Shown here piece by piece: positions 37,876-47,282 of a stretch of 64,000 bases of DNA. The stretch is from positions 7,041 through 71,040 of the forward strand of contig JBHOQL010000040.1 in assembly GCA_042408195.1 (NCBI GenBank). The letters are read 5' to 3'. The DNA is from Anaerolineae bacterium (GTDB taxonomy: Bacteria; Chloroflexota; Anaerolineae; SpSt-600). The number at the start of each line of letters is the position of its first letter. The stretch's first letter is position 1. Made by a program: the position numbers and the translations under genes. The notes below the pieces were generated by a model. The model worked only from the letters and a program-made list of their open reading frames with translations, did not search any database and was not told the DNA's origin.

Positions 37876-39483
37876 GTGGAAAATGCGACATGGGATGGTA
37901 TAATCCTCAAAGATTTGTTCAAAGCAGCTACTGCCTGGCTTGAACGCAACGTCAATTTTATCAATGCCCTCAACGTCTACCCCGTCCCTGACGGCGATAC
38001 TGGAACGAACATGTTTCTAACGATGCAGGCTTGCGTCAGAGAGATCGAACAGGTGAAGGAAAACTCTGCTTGGATGGTGGCCCAAAAAGCTGCATACGGC
38101 GCGCTAATGGGAGCCAGGGGGAACTCTGGGGTTATCCTCTCGCAGATATGGAGAGGGTTTGCTAAAGCACTGGATAAAAAAGACGTGATAAGGGTCCAGG
38201 ACCTGGCCGACGCCCTAGCTGAGGCTACTGCTACGGCTTACAAAGGCGTGATAAAGCCTGTGGAGGGCACCATCCTAACAGTGATAAGGGAAATGTCTGA
38301 AGCCCTTCAATCTATCAAGCACAAGACTGATAACTTGCTCGTTGCCTTGGAGTATGTGGTGGAAGCGGGAAGGGCTGCTGTGGCCAAGACTCCTTCCCTT
38401 CTCCCCATTCTGAAAGAAGCAGGGGTGGTGGACGCTGGAGGGCAAGGGCTCCTGGTCATAATGGAAGGCTTTCTAAAATGCCTGCGAGGTGAAAGGTTGG
38501 AAACAGAGACCCCCATCGAAAGAGCTGTTGTAAAGACAGAGGCTCTGGAAGGCGAATACGGCTACGATGTCCAGTTCATAATCAAAGGCCAGAACCTGGA
38601 CGTGGAGGAGATAAGGAAAAACATATCCACTATGGGCGATTCGGTCCTGGTGGTGGGAGATTCCACTATGGTTAAAGTGCACATCCACACCAACGAGCCA
38701 GGCACACCCCTCAACTATGGCATAAAGTGGGGTTCCCTTGTGGACATAGTAATTGAGAACATGCAGGAACAGTACCGCGAATTCGTTCTGAGCCGTGAGG
38801 CCCAACCCGCCCCTCCAAAAGTCGCCAAGAGAATAGCCGTGGTGGCTGTAGTGCCGGGCAAGGGCCTGGCTGAGGTCTTTAAGAGCCTCTCCACTGATGC
38901 CATAGTTTCCGGAGGGCAGACCATGAACCCAAGCATTGAAGAAATACTCCAAGCCCTCAATTCCTTAGACGCCGAGGAAATCATAATACTTCCCAACAAC
39001 TCCAACGTAATCCTAACCGCGCAACAAGCGGCGGAAATTTCTGGCAAAAAGGTGAAAGTAATCCCTTCTCGCACGATTCCCCAGGGTATAAGCGCCATTC
39101 TCTCCTTCAACCCCGAACTGACCCTGGAAGAAAATGTTGAAGCTATGAGCGAGGCCATGAAATATGTGCGCACGGGGGAAATCACTGTGGCAATCCGTTC
39201 CACCCAAGTGGAAGGCATAAAAGTGGCCGAAGGTCAGCTCATAGGCCTCCTCGACGGCAAACTCACAGCGGCAGGAGAAACAGCCGAGGAAATCATCTTT
39301 AAGCTCCTTGAGAAAATGGAACCTGAAAGAGGAGAAATCCTCACCCTTTATTACGGTGCTGACGTTGAAGAAGGAGAAGCTCTTGCCATAGCCGATAAAA
39401 TACGCGAGCGATTCCCCAACTTGAAGGTGGAAACCATCTGGGGTGGTCAACCTTACTACCATTACATTATTTCCCTGGAGTAA
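37876..39483 (+). CDS. yloV: DAK2-domain fusion protein YloV
   Basis: It has a Dak2 phosphatase-like domain (PVPDGDTGTNM) and a YloV C-terminus. The start codon is GTG. Confidence 0.85.
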   Translation: MENATWDGIILKDLFKAATAWLERNVNFINALNVYPVPDGDTGTNMFLTMQACVREIEQVKENSAWMVAQKAAYGALMGARGNSGVILSQIWRGFAKALDKKDVIRVQDLADALAEATATAYKGVIKPVEGTILTVIREMSEALQSIKHKTDNLLVALEYVVEAGRAAVAKTPSLLPILKEAGVVDAGGQGLLVIMEGFLKCLRGERLETETPIERAVVKTEALEGEYGYDVQFIIKGQNLDVEEIRKNISTMGDSVLVVGDSTMVKVHIHTNEPGTPLNYGIKWGSLVDIVIENMQEQYREFVLSREAQPAPPKVAKRIAVVAVVPGKGLAEVFKSLSTDAIVSGGQTMNPSIEEILQALNSLDAEEIIILPNNSNVILTAQQAAEISGKKVKVIPSRTIPQGISAILSFNPELTLEENVEAMSEAMKYVRTGEITVAIRSTQVEGIKVAEGQLIGLLDGKLTAAGETAEEIIFKLLEKMEPERGEILTLYYGADVEEGEALAIADKIRERFPNLKVETIWGGQPYYHYIISLE

Positions 39484-39489
39484 GCGATA

Positions 39490-40332
39490 ATGGTGAAGAT
39501 AATAACCGATAGTGGTGCTGTCTTTGAGGACGAAGCTGAAGTTAGAAAGCTTGGCATAACTATTGTACCCCTGCGCATAAAGCTAAAGGATAAAATCTAC
39601 TACGAGGGCACGGACATTGACAACGAAAAGTTGGTGCGGGAAATTTCCCGCACTAAAGCCATCCCGGTTTCCCTTCCACCAACCCGGGACTATATGGAAA
39701 AGGTCTACCAGAAAGTGATAAAGGAAGGGGACGAAATTGTAGGAATTTACACCTCAAGTTACATGAACCCTGTAGCCTCAGTGGCTCGGGAAGCCAGCAT
39801 ACCCTTTCTGGGGCGAGCTCGTATAACAATTATTGATTCCGAAGTTTCTTCCTATGCCCTGGGCCTGATGGTCAAAGAAGCGGCAAAGGCGGCTCAGAAA
39901 GGCCGCTCGATGGAAGCGATAGTACGGCTCGTTCGGGGTATGATTCCTTATATGTATATTGCTTCCTTTTCCCAGGACTTGAGATTCCTCCGCCACAAGA
40001 AGATCATAAGCCCCGCCCAAGCAATCTTAGGGACTATGCTAGGCCTTAAAGTCTTCCTGATAGTGGAGGATGGGAAATTCATACCTCTGGAGAAAGTTCA
40101 GACTGAGGAAGAAATGGCTGAAAAACTCATAGAATTCACGGCGGAATTCGTCAACATAAAGAGGCTGGCAGTGCTGAAGAATGACATGGGCGATACTGTT
40201 AATGCCTTCCTGGAGAAATTCGCCGCTCTCCCCTTCAAAGTAAAGCCAACAATACTGCCGCTCAGCCCTTCTATGATTTGCTACTTGGGGCCGAGAGCCA
40301 TAACCCTAGCGATCCAGGAAGGAGGTATTTAG
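39490..40332 (+). CDS. degV: DegV-family fatty-acid-binding protein
   Basis: MVKIITDSGAVFEDE matches the DegV fold. Confidence 0.85.
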   Translation: MVKIITDSGAVFEDEAEVRKLGITIVPLRIKLKDKIYYEGTDIDNEKLVREISRTKAIPVSLPPTRDYMEKVYQKVIKEGDEIVGIYTSSYMNPVASVAREASIPFLGRARITIIDSEVSSYALGLMVKEAAKAAQKGRSMEAIVRLVRGMIPYMYIASFSQDLRFLRHKKIISPAQAILGTMLGLKVFLIVEDGKFIPLEKVQTEEEMAEKLIEFTAEFVNIKRLAVLKNDMGDTVNAFLEKFAALPFKVKPTILPLSPSMICYLGPRAITLAIQEGGI

Positions 40333-40333
40333 A

Positions 40334-42760
40334 GTGGGTGGGAAACCGTCTGAAACCCTGGAGAAAATACTGAGGCAAGAGGCAAGGCTTGGTTACAAAG
40401 ACAAGGCTGTACTCGGAGGATTCCGCAAGCTGGCAGCCACCTGGGGTGATTTAGCCCTAAAGGAGGCAGGTACGGAACAGGAAAGAGCTAGGATCAGGGA
40501 AATTGTTGCGTTGCTTTCCCGCTACTCTTCCCTCTCCTCGCTTGAGGAGAGGAAGGCCCTGCTGGAAAAAATTCACGAACTCCTCACCACCCCAGTTCTC
40601 CCCACTTTGAAACCGATTACCACCGCCCCAGTGATCCAGCCCAAACCGTTGGAAGAAAAGCCTTTGGAAAAGGAGACCAAATTACCAAAGGGTTTGGGCC
40701 TTGATTCCCCCGTTATAAAGCTCAGCGGGGTTGGCCCCCGCAACGCCGAACGCCTGAAAAAACTGGGGGTCCGGACCATAAGAGACCTCCTTTACCTTTT
40801 TCCCAGGCGATATGTGGATTACAGCAACATAAAAACCATAAACCGCCTACGCTACGGTGAAGAGGTCACCCTCATAGGGAATGTTTGGGATGTCAGCATT
40901 AGGGAGGCCAAAAGCGGCCTTACCGTGGTCTCCTGCTTGCTGGCCGACGGCACAGGAGTTATTGAAGTAAGCTGGTTCAACCAGCCGCATATTGCTCAGC
41001 AACTCAGGCCTGGAAAGCAGATCGTAGTAAGCGGCCGCGTGGATGAGTTCATGGGTCGGCTCACCATGAGCTCTCCCGAATGGGAACTTCTGGATAAAGA
41101 GCTGGTGAGCACCGGGCGCATAGTCCCCATTTACCCCCTGACTAAGGGCCTGAGTCCCCGCTGGCTCCGCCGACTCATGCTCAGGGCAACAAAGTACTGG
41201 GCGGAAAAAGTCCCGGATCCTCTTCCCGAGAAGATAAGGGAGGAGCGAAAACTCCTGCCCCTGGGTTCTGCCCTGGCTCAAATCCACTTCCCCGATAACC
41301 AGGAACTCTTGAAAGAAGCACGCCGACGCTTGGCCTTTGATGAACTACTTCTCCTCCAGCTGGGCGTTATGCGTCAGAAGTTCGCCTGGCGAAGCAATCC
41401 AGGGCGTGCTATCAAAGTGGATTACGGTTTTGTGGAGCAAATAACCTCTTCTCTTCCCTTCGAACTCACAGGAGCTCAGCGCAGGGCTCTTCAGGAGATC
41501 CTGAAGGACCTGGCCGATGATAAGCCTATGAGCCGGCTTCTCCAGGGAGAGGTTGGCTCTGGTAAAACTGTGGTGGCCTTCATTGCCATGCTGGTTACAG
41601 TGGCCGCTGGCTACCAAGCGGCTATGATGGCCCCCACCGAAATCCTTGCCGAGCAACACTATCAGACCATGACCTCCCTCCTGGAGAGAATGGACCTCAA
41701 GCACCTCATTTCTCCCAGGATCCGCCTCCTCATTGGCAGCACAAAACCCTCCGAGAAAAGGCAAATCCAGGAAGAAATAGCCTCTGGCGAAATAGATATT
41801 GTTGTAGGAACTCACGCTTTAATCCAAGAGGGAGTTCAGTTCGCCAACTTAGCTCTAGCCATAATAGACGAACAACACCGCTTCGGGGTGCGCCAGAGAG
41901 CATCCCTCCGCCAGAAAGGCTACTTACCCCATGTCCTAGTCATGAGCGCCACCCCTATTCCAAGAACCCTGGCTCTGACCATTTACGGAGACTTGGATAT
42001 CTCCATTTTGGATGAAATGCCCCCCGGAAGGCAGGGGGTAAAAACATACCTTATTACACCCCTGGAACGAGAAAGAGCCTACAGGTTCATCCGTAGCCAG
42101 ATAGAAAGAGGACGGCAAGCTTTCATAATCTACCCGGTAATAGAGGAATCCGAAAGTGTGGATGCTCCCTCTGCCGTTGCCGAATACGAGCGCTTAAGAA
42201 AGGAGGTTTTTCCGGACCTCAATCTTGGCCTGCTTCACGGCCGGATGAAAGGCGAAGAGAAGGAAAAAGTTATGGAAGCTTTCCGGCAGGGCGAAATCCA
42301 GATCTTGGTTTCCACTGCTGTAGTGGAAGTGGGAGTAGATATACCCAATGCTACGGTCATGATGGTGGAGGGAGCCCACCGCTTCGGTCTGGCCCAACTT
42401 CACCAGTTCCGGGGCAGAGTGGGCAGGGGAAGCGAGCCAGGTTACTGCATATTAGTGGCCGACTCCGAATCTCCCGAAGCTCTTGAGCGCCTCAAGATTG
42501 TAGAGACTATCCAGGATGGTTTCCAACTGGCGGAGAAGGATCTGGAGATGCGGGGGCCTGGTGAATTTCTGGGGACAAGGCAGAGCGGCCTTCCAGAGCT
42601 GAAGCTCGCCCGCCTCACCGACATTAAAATTTTGACCGAGGCCAGGGAAGTAGCCATGGAGATACTCCAGGAGGATCCGGAACTCCTAAGGCCTGAGTTC
42701 CGCTTGCTCAGGGAGGCAGTTGACAGGCTATGGCAGCCTGGAGTTGTGGATATAAGCTGA
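40334..42760 (+). CDS. recG: ATP-dependent DNA helicase RecG
   Basis: It has a wedge domain and the SF2 helicase motifs (GEVGSGKT, DEQHRFG, QLHQFRGRVGRG). The start codon is GTG. Confidence 0.9.
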   Translation: MGGKPSETLEKILRQEARLGYKDKAVLGGFRKLAATWGDLALKEAGTEQERARIREIVALLSRYSSLSSLEERKALLEKIHELLTTPVLPTLKPITTAPVIQPKPLEEKPLEKETKLPKGLGLDSPVIKLSGVGPRNAERLKKLGVRTIRDLLYLFPRRYVDYSNIKTINRLRYGEEVTLIGNVWDVSIREAKSGLTVVSCLLADGTGVIEVSWFNQPHIAQQLRPGKQIVVSGRVDEFMGRLTMSSPEWELLDKELVSTGRIVPIYPLTKGLSPRWLRRLMLRATKYWAEKVPDPLPEKIREERKLLPLGSALAQIHFPDNQELLKEARRRLAFDELLLLQLGVMRQKFAWRSNPGRAIKVDYGFVEQITSSLPFELTGAQRRALQEILKDLADDKPMSRLLQGEVGSGKTVVAFIAMLVTVAAGYQAAMMAPTEILAEQHYQTMTSLLERMDLKHLISPRIRLLIGSTKPSEKRQIQEEIASGEIDIVVGTHALIQEGVQFANLALAIIDEQHRFGVRQRASLRQKGYLPHVLVMSATPIPRTLALTIYGDLDISILDEMPPGRQGVKTYLITPLERERAYRFIRSQIERGRQAFIIYPVIEESESVDAPSAVAEYERLRKEVFPDLNLGLLHGRMKGEEKEKVMEAFRQGEIQILVSTAVVEVGVDIPNATVMMVEGAHRFGLAQLHQFRGRVGRGSEPGYCILVADSESPEALERLKIVETIQDGFQLAEKDLEMRGPGEFLGTRQSGLPELKLARLTDIKILTEAREVAMEILQEDPELLRPEFRLLREAVDRLWQPGVVDIS

Positions 42761-42779
42761 GTTCCCGAAGGAGGGAAAC

Positions 42780-43295
42780 ATGACCATTGCTGTTTATCCG
42801 GGAACCTTTGACCCTATCCACAATGGCCACATAGACATAGCTACCAGGGCTTCAAGGCTCTTCGATAAGCTCATAGTGGCTGTTTACGAAAGGCCTGGGA
42901 AGAACGTCCTCTTTTCAGTGGAAGAGCGGGTGAATATGGCCCGTAAGGCCTTTGAAGGCAACCCCAAGATAATCGTGGAGAGCTACAATGCTCTTACGGT
43001 GGATTTTGCCCGTTCTAAAGGGGCCAAAGTCATAGTCCGCGGCCTCAGGGTCATTTCTGACTTTGAACTTGAATTTCAGATGGCTCTGATCAACAAAAAA
43101 CTGGCCCCTGAGATAGAATTCCTGTGCCTCATGACCAGCCAGGAGTACGCTTTCCTCAGCTCCAGTGTTGTGAAGGAAATCGCCGCCCTTGGTGGATGCC
43201 TAGATTCAATGGTCCCACCCCACGTGAAAGAAGCGCTCCTGCACAAACTCAAGGAAACCCAAACCGGAATTGCTCTCGTATCGCTGCGGGATTAA
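42780..43295 (+). CDS. coaD: Phosphopantetheine adenylyltransferase
   Basis: MTIAVYPGTFDPIHNGHIDI is the (H/T)xGH nucleotidyltransferase motif. Confidence 0.9.
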   Translation: MTIAVYPGTFDPIHNGHIDIATRASRLFDKLIVAVYERPGKNVLFSVEERVNMARKAFEGNPKIIVESYNALTVDFARSKGAKVIVRGLRVISDFELEFQMALINKKLAPEIEFLCLMTSQEYAFLSSSVVKEIAALGGCLDSMVPPHVKEALLHKLKETQTGIALVSLRD

Positions 43296-43298
43296 ACT

Positions 43299-43751
43299 AT
43301 GGAATCGCTTTTCCTCATAGACAGATTGGAGAGTTTTATTCAGAAGGGACTTAAAGTGCCCTTCACTCCTTTCGTGATCCTCAACGAAGATGAGATACTG
43401 AGCCTCATAGACAAGCTCCGCCTCTCTCTACCTCAGGAAATTGAGGAAGCAAAACACATAGCCGAGGAAAGGGATGCTATCCTGAAAAGTGCACAGGAGG
43501 AAGCTGAGAAAATCGTGAGCAGGGCCAGGGAAAAGGCTCTGGAGATACTGAGCGAACACGAGATCGTGAAGAGGGCGGAAAGCAGGGCTAAAACTATTGA
43601 AGAAAAAGCTCTCAAAAGGGCACAGGAACTCACCCAGAGCGCTGACCAGTACGCTTTGGAGGTCCTCCAGGACCTTGAAACCCGGCTCCTGGCGTTGCTG
43701 AAGGAAATCCAGAATGGAATAAAAGAGCTCAAGGGCAAGGAACAGCGGTAG
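43299..43751 (+). CDS. Hypothetical coiled-coil protein
   Basis: 150 aa, charged heptad-rich, no recognisable family. The start lies 4 nt after the coaD stop. Confidence 0.5.
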   Translation: MESLFLIDRLESFIQKGLKVPFTPFVILNEDEILSLIDKLRLSLPQEIEEAKHIAEERDAILKSAQEEAEKIVSRAREKALEILSEHEIVKRAESRAKTIEEKALKRAQELTQSADQYALEVLQDLETRLLALLKEIQNGIKELKGKEQR

Positions 43752-43778
43752 CAGAGGATCGGCTCTTTTTCGCTTGGC

Positions 43779-44726
43779 TCAGTTGATCCTCTTCTTGAAA
43801 ATGAACAAATCAGCAGGACAGGTAGGAGGAATAAGGGCCTTTAAGGCCAGAGGCTTGACTTCTATTTGCACCGGGGTTTTGCCTATCGGTTCGCCGTCCA
43901 CTTGAATGGAAAAAGGCCGCGCCGTTTCCACAATAAGGCGAGCTACCCGTTTCATTTCAACCAGAGGATCGCTCACATGCTTGCCAGAAAATACAGAGTA
44001 AACGTGGTGGATAAACTGAGGGAACCGGTAACCCTTGAAAATACAGAGATCCAGCAGCCCATCATTAAGCCGGGCATACGGTGCTACTTCTATTAACCCT
44101 CCGTAAAGGCGGACATTGCTCGCAATAGCCAGGATGATCCTACGCTTTAAAATCCTCCCGTTTATTCGGAAGACGGTCCTTGTCCCCAGGAAAGTTATGG
44201 CTGTTATCACCCCCGCTATTACGAAGGCCATGGCTCCGAACTTCCTCTTCACTGCAGGGTGAGATTCCACTTCTTCGGCAACGAGGGCATCTATACCTAT
44301 GCCGCACCAGAGCAGGAAGTGGCGACCATTGGCCAAGCCTACGTCCACGGAGGTCACGGAGGATTCCAGTAATATCTCCGCCGCTCTGCACGCATCGGGC
44401 AAACTGAGGAAAAGGTTAGCAGAGGTTAACCCCAATTGCCTGGCCCATACATTACCAGTGCCGAGAGGTAAAACGCCGAGAGCTGTTTCTGTTCCCACAA
44501 TACCGTTAACTACTCCGTTAACAGTGCCATCGCCCCCCGCAGCTATGACTGCATCATAGCGGAGGGAAGCAGCCTCCTTCGCAAGGGAATAAACCTCATC
44601 GCTGCTTTCCGTTTCCACTATTTCCACCTTCCACCCACCCTTTCCAAGGACTGCGGCCGCTTTGGTCAGAGCCCCCCAGTTGCGGCGAGGGCCTGCAGCA
44701 GGGTTGAAGATTATAAGCCCCCTCAT
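43779..44726 (-). CDS. Diacylglycerol-kinase-family lipid kinase (YegS/DagK-like)
   Basis: The DAGK_cat motif is AAGGDGTVNGVVNG...GVLPLGTGN. Confidence 0.8.
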   Translation of the reverse strand: MRGLIIFNPAAGPRRNWGALTKAAAVLGKGGWKVEIVETESSDEVYSLAKEAASLRYDAVIAAGGDGTVNGVVNGIVGTETALGVLPLGTGNVWARQLGLTSANLFLSLPDACRAAEILLESSVTSVDVGLANGRHFLLWCGIGIDALVAEEVESHPAVKRKFGAMAFVIAGVITAITFLGTRTVFRINGRILKRRIILAIASNVRLYGGLIEVAPYARLNDGLLDLCIFKGYRFPQFIHHVYSVFSGKHVSDPLVEMKRVARLIVETARPFSIQVDGEPIGKTPVQIEVKPLALKALIPPTCPADLFIFKKRIN

Positions 44727-45343
44727 CGCTGTAACACTCGCAGAATTTTCTGGATTTCTTCTTCCAGATCCTTGCTGGTATCCACTACAATGTGGGGTCT
44801 GCTAATAGGCTGCTGGTAGTGCTTCATCCGCCAATAGACACACCAATCAGCATCGGAAAGGTCATGATTGTCTCTGGCTGTGTGGCGCTTTTCCAGCCTT
44901 GCCCGCACTACTTCTTCTGGCGCTACCGTCTGGACTATAACCAATCTTGCGTTGTTCCTTTCGGCCAGACGGTAGATGTATTCCCGGTGGACTTCCGAAA
45001 GGTTTGTGGCATCAAAGATAACCCTCAGCCCTTTCTTCAAGAGTCTGTCAATCAGGATATGGCATACCCTGTGGACAAGAGCGCTCTCCCGCGGAGAGTA
45101 GGTGGGGGGATTGAACAAAGTCTTCCGGACGAAATCCGACTCCACCACTACGAAAGGGACCCTCTCGCACAACTTTCTGGCCAAGTAAGATTTCCCTGTG
45201 CCTGGCAAACCCGAAAGCATTACCAAAACGGGATAAGCAGTAATATCGGAGGTGTTAGCAAGTTTACTCTCTATCGTAGCTACTGCTTCTTCCAAGTTTA
45301 TGGAACGCTCAGGTTTGGGCCTTTCCCTCTCCATACTCCACAC
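44723..45343 (-). CDS. P-loop kinase (AAA_33/zeta-toxin-like fold)
   Basis: The Walker A motif is LSGLPGTGKSYLARKL. The protein is small, at 206 aa. Confidence 0.6.
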   Translation of the reverse strand: MWSMERERPKPERSINLEEAVATIESKLANTSDITAYPVLVMLSGLPGTGKSYLARKLCERVPFVVVESDFVRKTLFNPPTYSPRESALVHRVCHILIDRLLKKGLRVIFDATNLSEVHREYIYRLAERNNARLVIVQTVAPEEVVRARLEKRHTARDNHDLSDADWCVYWRMKHYQQPISRPHIVVDTSKDLEEEIQKILRVLQR

Positions 45344-45349
45344 TCCTGG

Positions 45350-46897
45350 CTAATTTGGTGCAGAGCTTCTGGGTATAGGAGCTTCTATCAGGGCGCGAGT
45401 TCCCGTGCCTCCGTCCCTGCGCTCTATTGTAAAGGAACCCTTCAAATCTTCCTCAACAAGAGTGCGGACTATCTGAAGGCCAAGGGTTTGCTTCGACTCC
45501 GGCTCGCTGAAGCCTATTCCATCATCGATTATTTCAATGGAAAACCGCTTCCCGGCCTGCACAACCGTAACGGATACAGTACCGCGTTCTTTTCCGATGA
45601 AGGCGTGCTCCAAAGCGTTCTGAAGTAGTTCGCTCACTGCTAAAGCGAGGGCAGTAGCAGGGCGAGCGGGGAGGAAGAAGGTCTGGCCCTGAACCTTCAC
45701 CGCTATTTCCCTGCCAGGGACTTTCATGTTTTCAGCCAGGAGGGCACTGAGCTTCTCCAAAAGAGCAAGGATATCTACCTGGTGGAACCCCTTACTTGAG
45801 AGTAAGTCATGGACGGTAGCAATGCTCATGATTCTATTTATAGCCTCCTGTAAAGAACGGCTTGCAGACCTGTTTTTTTCCTCGGCCATCTGCATCCTTA
45901 AAAGCATTGCTATGGTCTGGAGGTTGTTCTTGATGCGGTGATGCATTTCCCTTATCACTGTCATCCCGGTAACGAGAGTAGCGTTCTCGATAGCAAGGGC
46001 TATCTGGTTTGCCAGAGTTGAAAGGAATCTGACTTCTTCCCGGGTGAAGTTTCGAGGTTTTTCGGTGTAGCAGCTCAGCACCCCCCTAATTTGTTCCCTA
46101 AGGATAAGAGGAACAGCCAGAATGGAGGGAGTTCCGGATAATACCAGGGGCTCACCGCTTGAGGCAACCATTTCGAGGCCGGGGAGGACCCTGGCCGGAC
46201 CATAGGAGGCCCGTGTGGAGAGCTCACCCCCTTCATCCAGGATGAGGAGAGAAGAACCATCGGCCTTTATCATCCTGGCTGCCATTTCCACCACCAGCCT
46301 GAGCACATCGTCAAGGTAAAGAGGCGAAACAATCGTCTTGCTGACTTCAGCCAGAGCCGAGAGCTCTTCCAGCTGACGCTGCATGCTATCGTAAAGCATG
46401 GCCTTCTCAATGGCTCCGGCGGCCAGATCGGCTGCCAGACTGAGGAGTTCAATCTCTTCTTCAGTGTAATCGTGATAGGAGGAGGTCTGAACGTTTATTG
46501 CCCCTATGACTCTGCCCTGGATTGAGAGGGGGACTGCCATCAGGGATTTGAATTGCCACTCCTCTGTTTCAGGCAGATACTTGAAGCGAGGGTCCGCAGC
46601 AGCATCTCTCACTGCCACCGGAACCCCGTGGAGGGCAGCCCACCCCGTTAGACCTTCGCCGAGGCGGAGTTTCGCTTTGCCTATAGCCTGGGGAGCAAGC
46701 CCTGTCGATGCTCTCAGCACCAAATATTCCCCTGATTTGTCCAGAAGGTAAATGGAACAAGAATCTACCTTTAGGACCTCAGCCGTGGTGCTGGTTATTA
46801 GCTGCAGGGTTGTAGCCAGGTCCATGGCCGAATTTATGGCGTTGGTTATCCGCCTTATAGCCGAGACAAGGGCTTCTTTTTCCACAATTTTCCCCAA
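45350..46897 (-). CDS. GAF-GAF sensor histidine kinase of the HisKA_2/HWE type
   Basis: Two GAF domains are followed by HHRIKNNLQTIAMLLRMQ (a HisKA_2 H-box) and HATPase motifs (DDGIGF, GLQIV). The 5'-most start in the ORF is TTG with no SD, so the exact start is uncertain. Confidence 0.8.
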   Translation of the reverse strand: MGKIVEKEALVSAIRRITNAINSAMDLATTLQLITSTTAEVLKVDSCSIYLLDKSGEYLVLRASTGLAPQAIGKAKLRLGEGLTGWAALHGVPVAVRDAAADPRFKYLPETEEWQFKSLMAVPLSIQGRVIGAINVQTSSYHDYTEEEIELLSLAADLAAGAIEKAMLYDSMQRQLEELSALAEVSKTIVSPLYLDDVLRLVVEMAARMIKADGSSLLILDEGGELSTRASYGPARVLPGLEMVASSGEPLVLSGTPSILAVPLILREQIRGVLSCYTEKPRNFTREEVRFLSTLANQIALAIENATLVTGMTVIREMHHRIKNNLQTIAMLLRMQMAEEKNRSASRSLQEAINRIMSIATVHDLLSSKGFHQVDILALLEKLSALLAENMKVPGREIAVKVQGQTFFLPARPATALALAVSELLQNALEHAFIGKERGTVSVTVVQAGKRFSIEIIDDGIGFSEPESKQTLGLQIVRTLVEEDLKGSFTIERRDGGTGTRALIEAPIPRSSAPN

Positions 46898-47282
46898 CGT
46901 TATTATAAAACAGGCATAGGAAAAGGGGAAAACATTTCTCTCTGCCCGTTGCTAGTGCTTGGACTGCGCAGGCCACGAACGCTCTAAAAACAGTGCATCC
47001 AACTGCGTTTGAATAGCCCTCCCTTGTCCACCTATTTTGTCCACTTCAAGAATTTCAGGATGGCCGCTGCGGCACAGGCTTCCCAGTCCGTTCCAAATTT
47101 AACCACCCACGACGGCTCTGGGCTTGACATGGCTTAAAGGCTTACCCCTAAAGAGGTTGTGAAATAGGTTTCTCAAATGCCCCCTCACCACGTGCATTCC
47201 AGCGAAGCTGAATGAACGCTCGAGAGCTGGCCCCCTTCCCCCCAACGAATTATTGGGGTATAATTAGCCGAAGGAGGAAACT

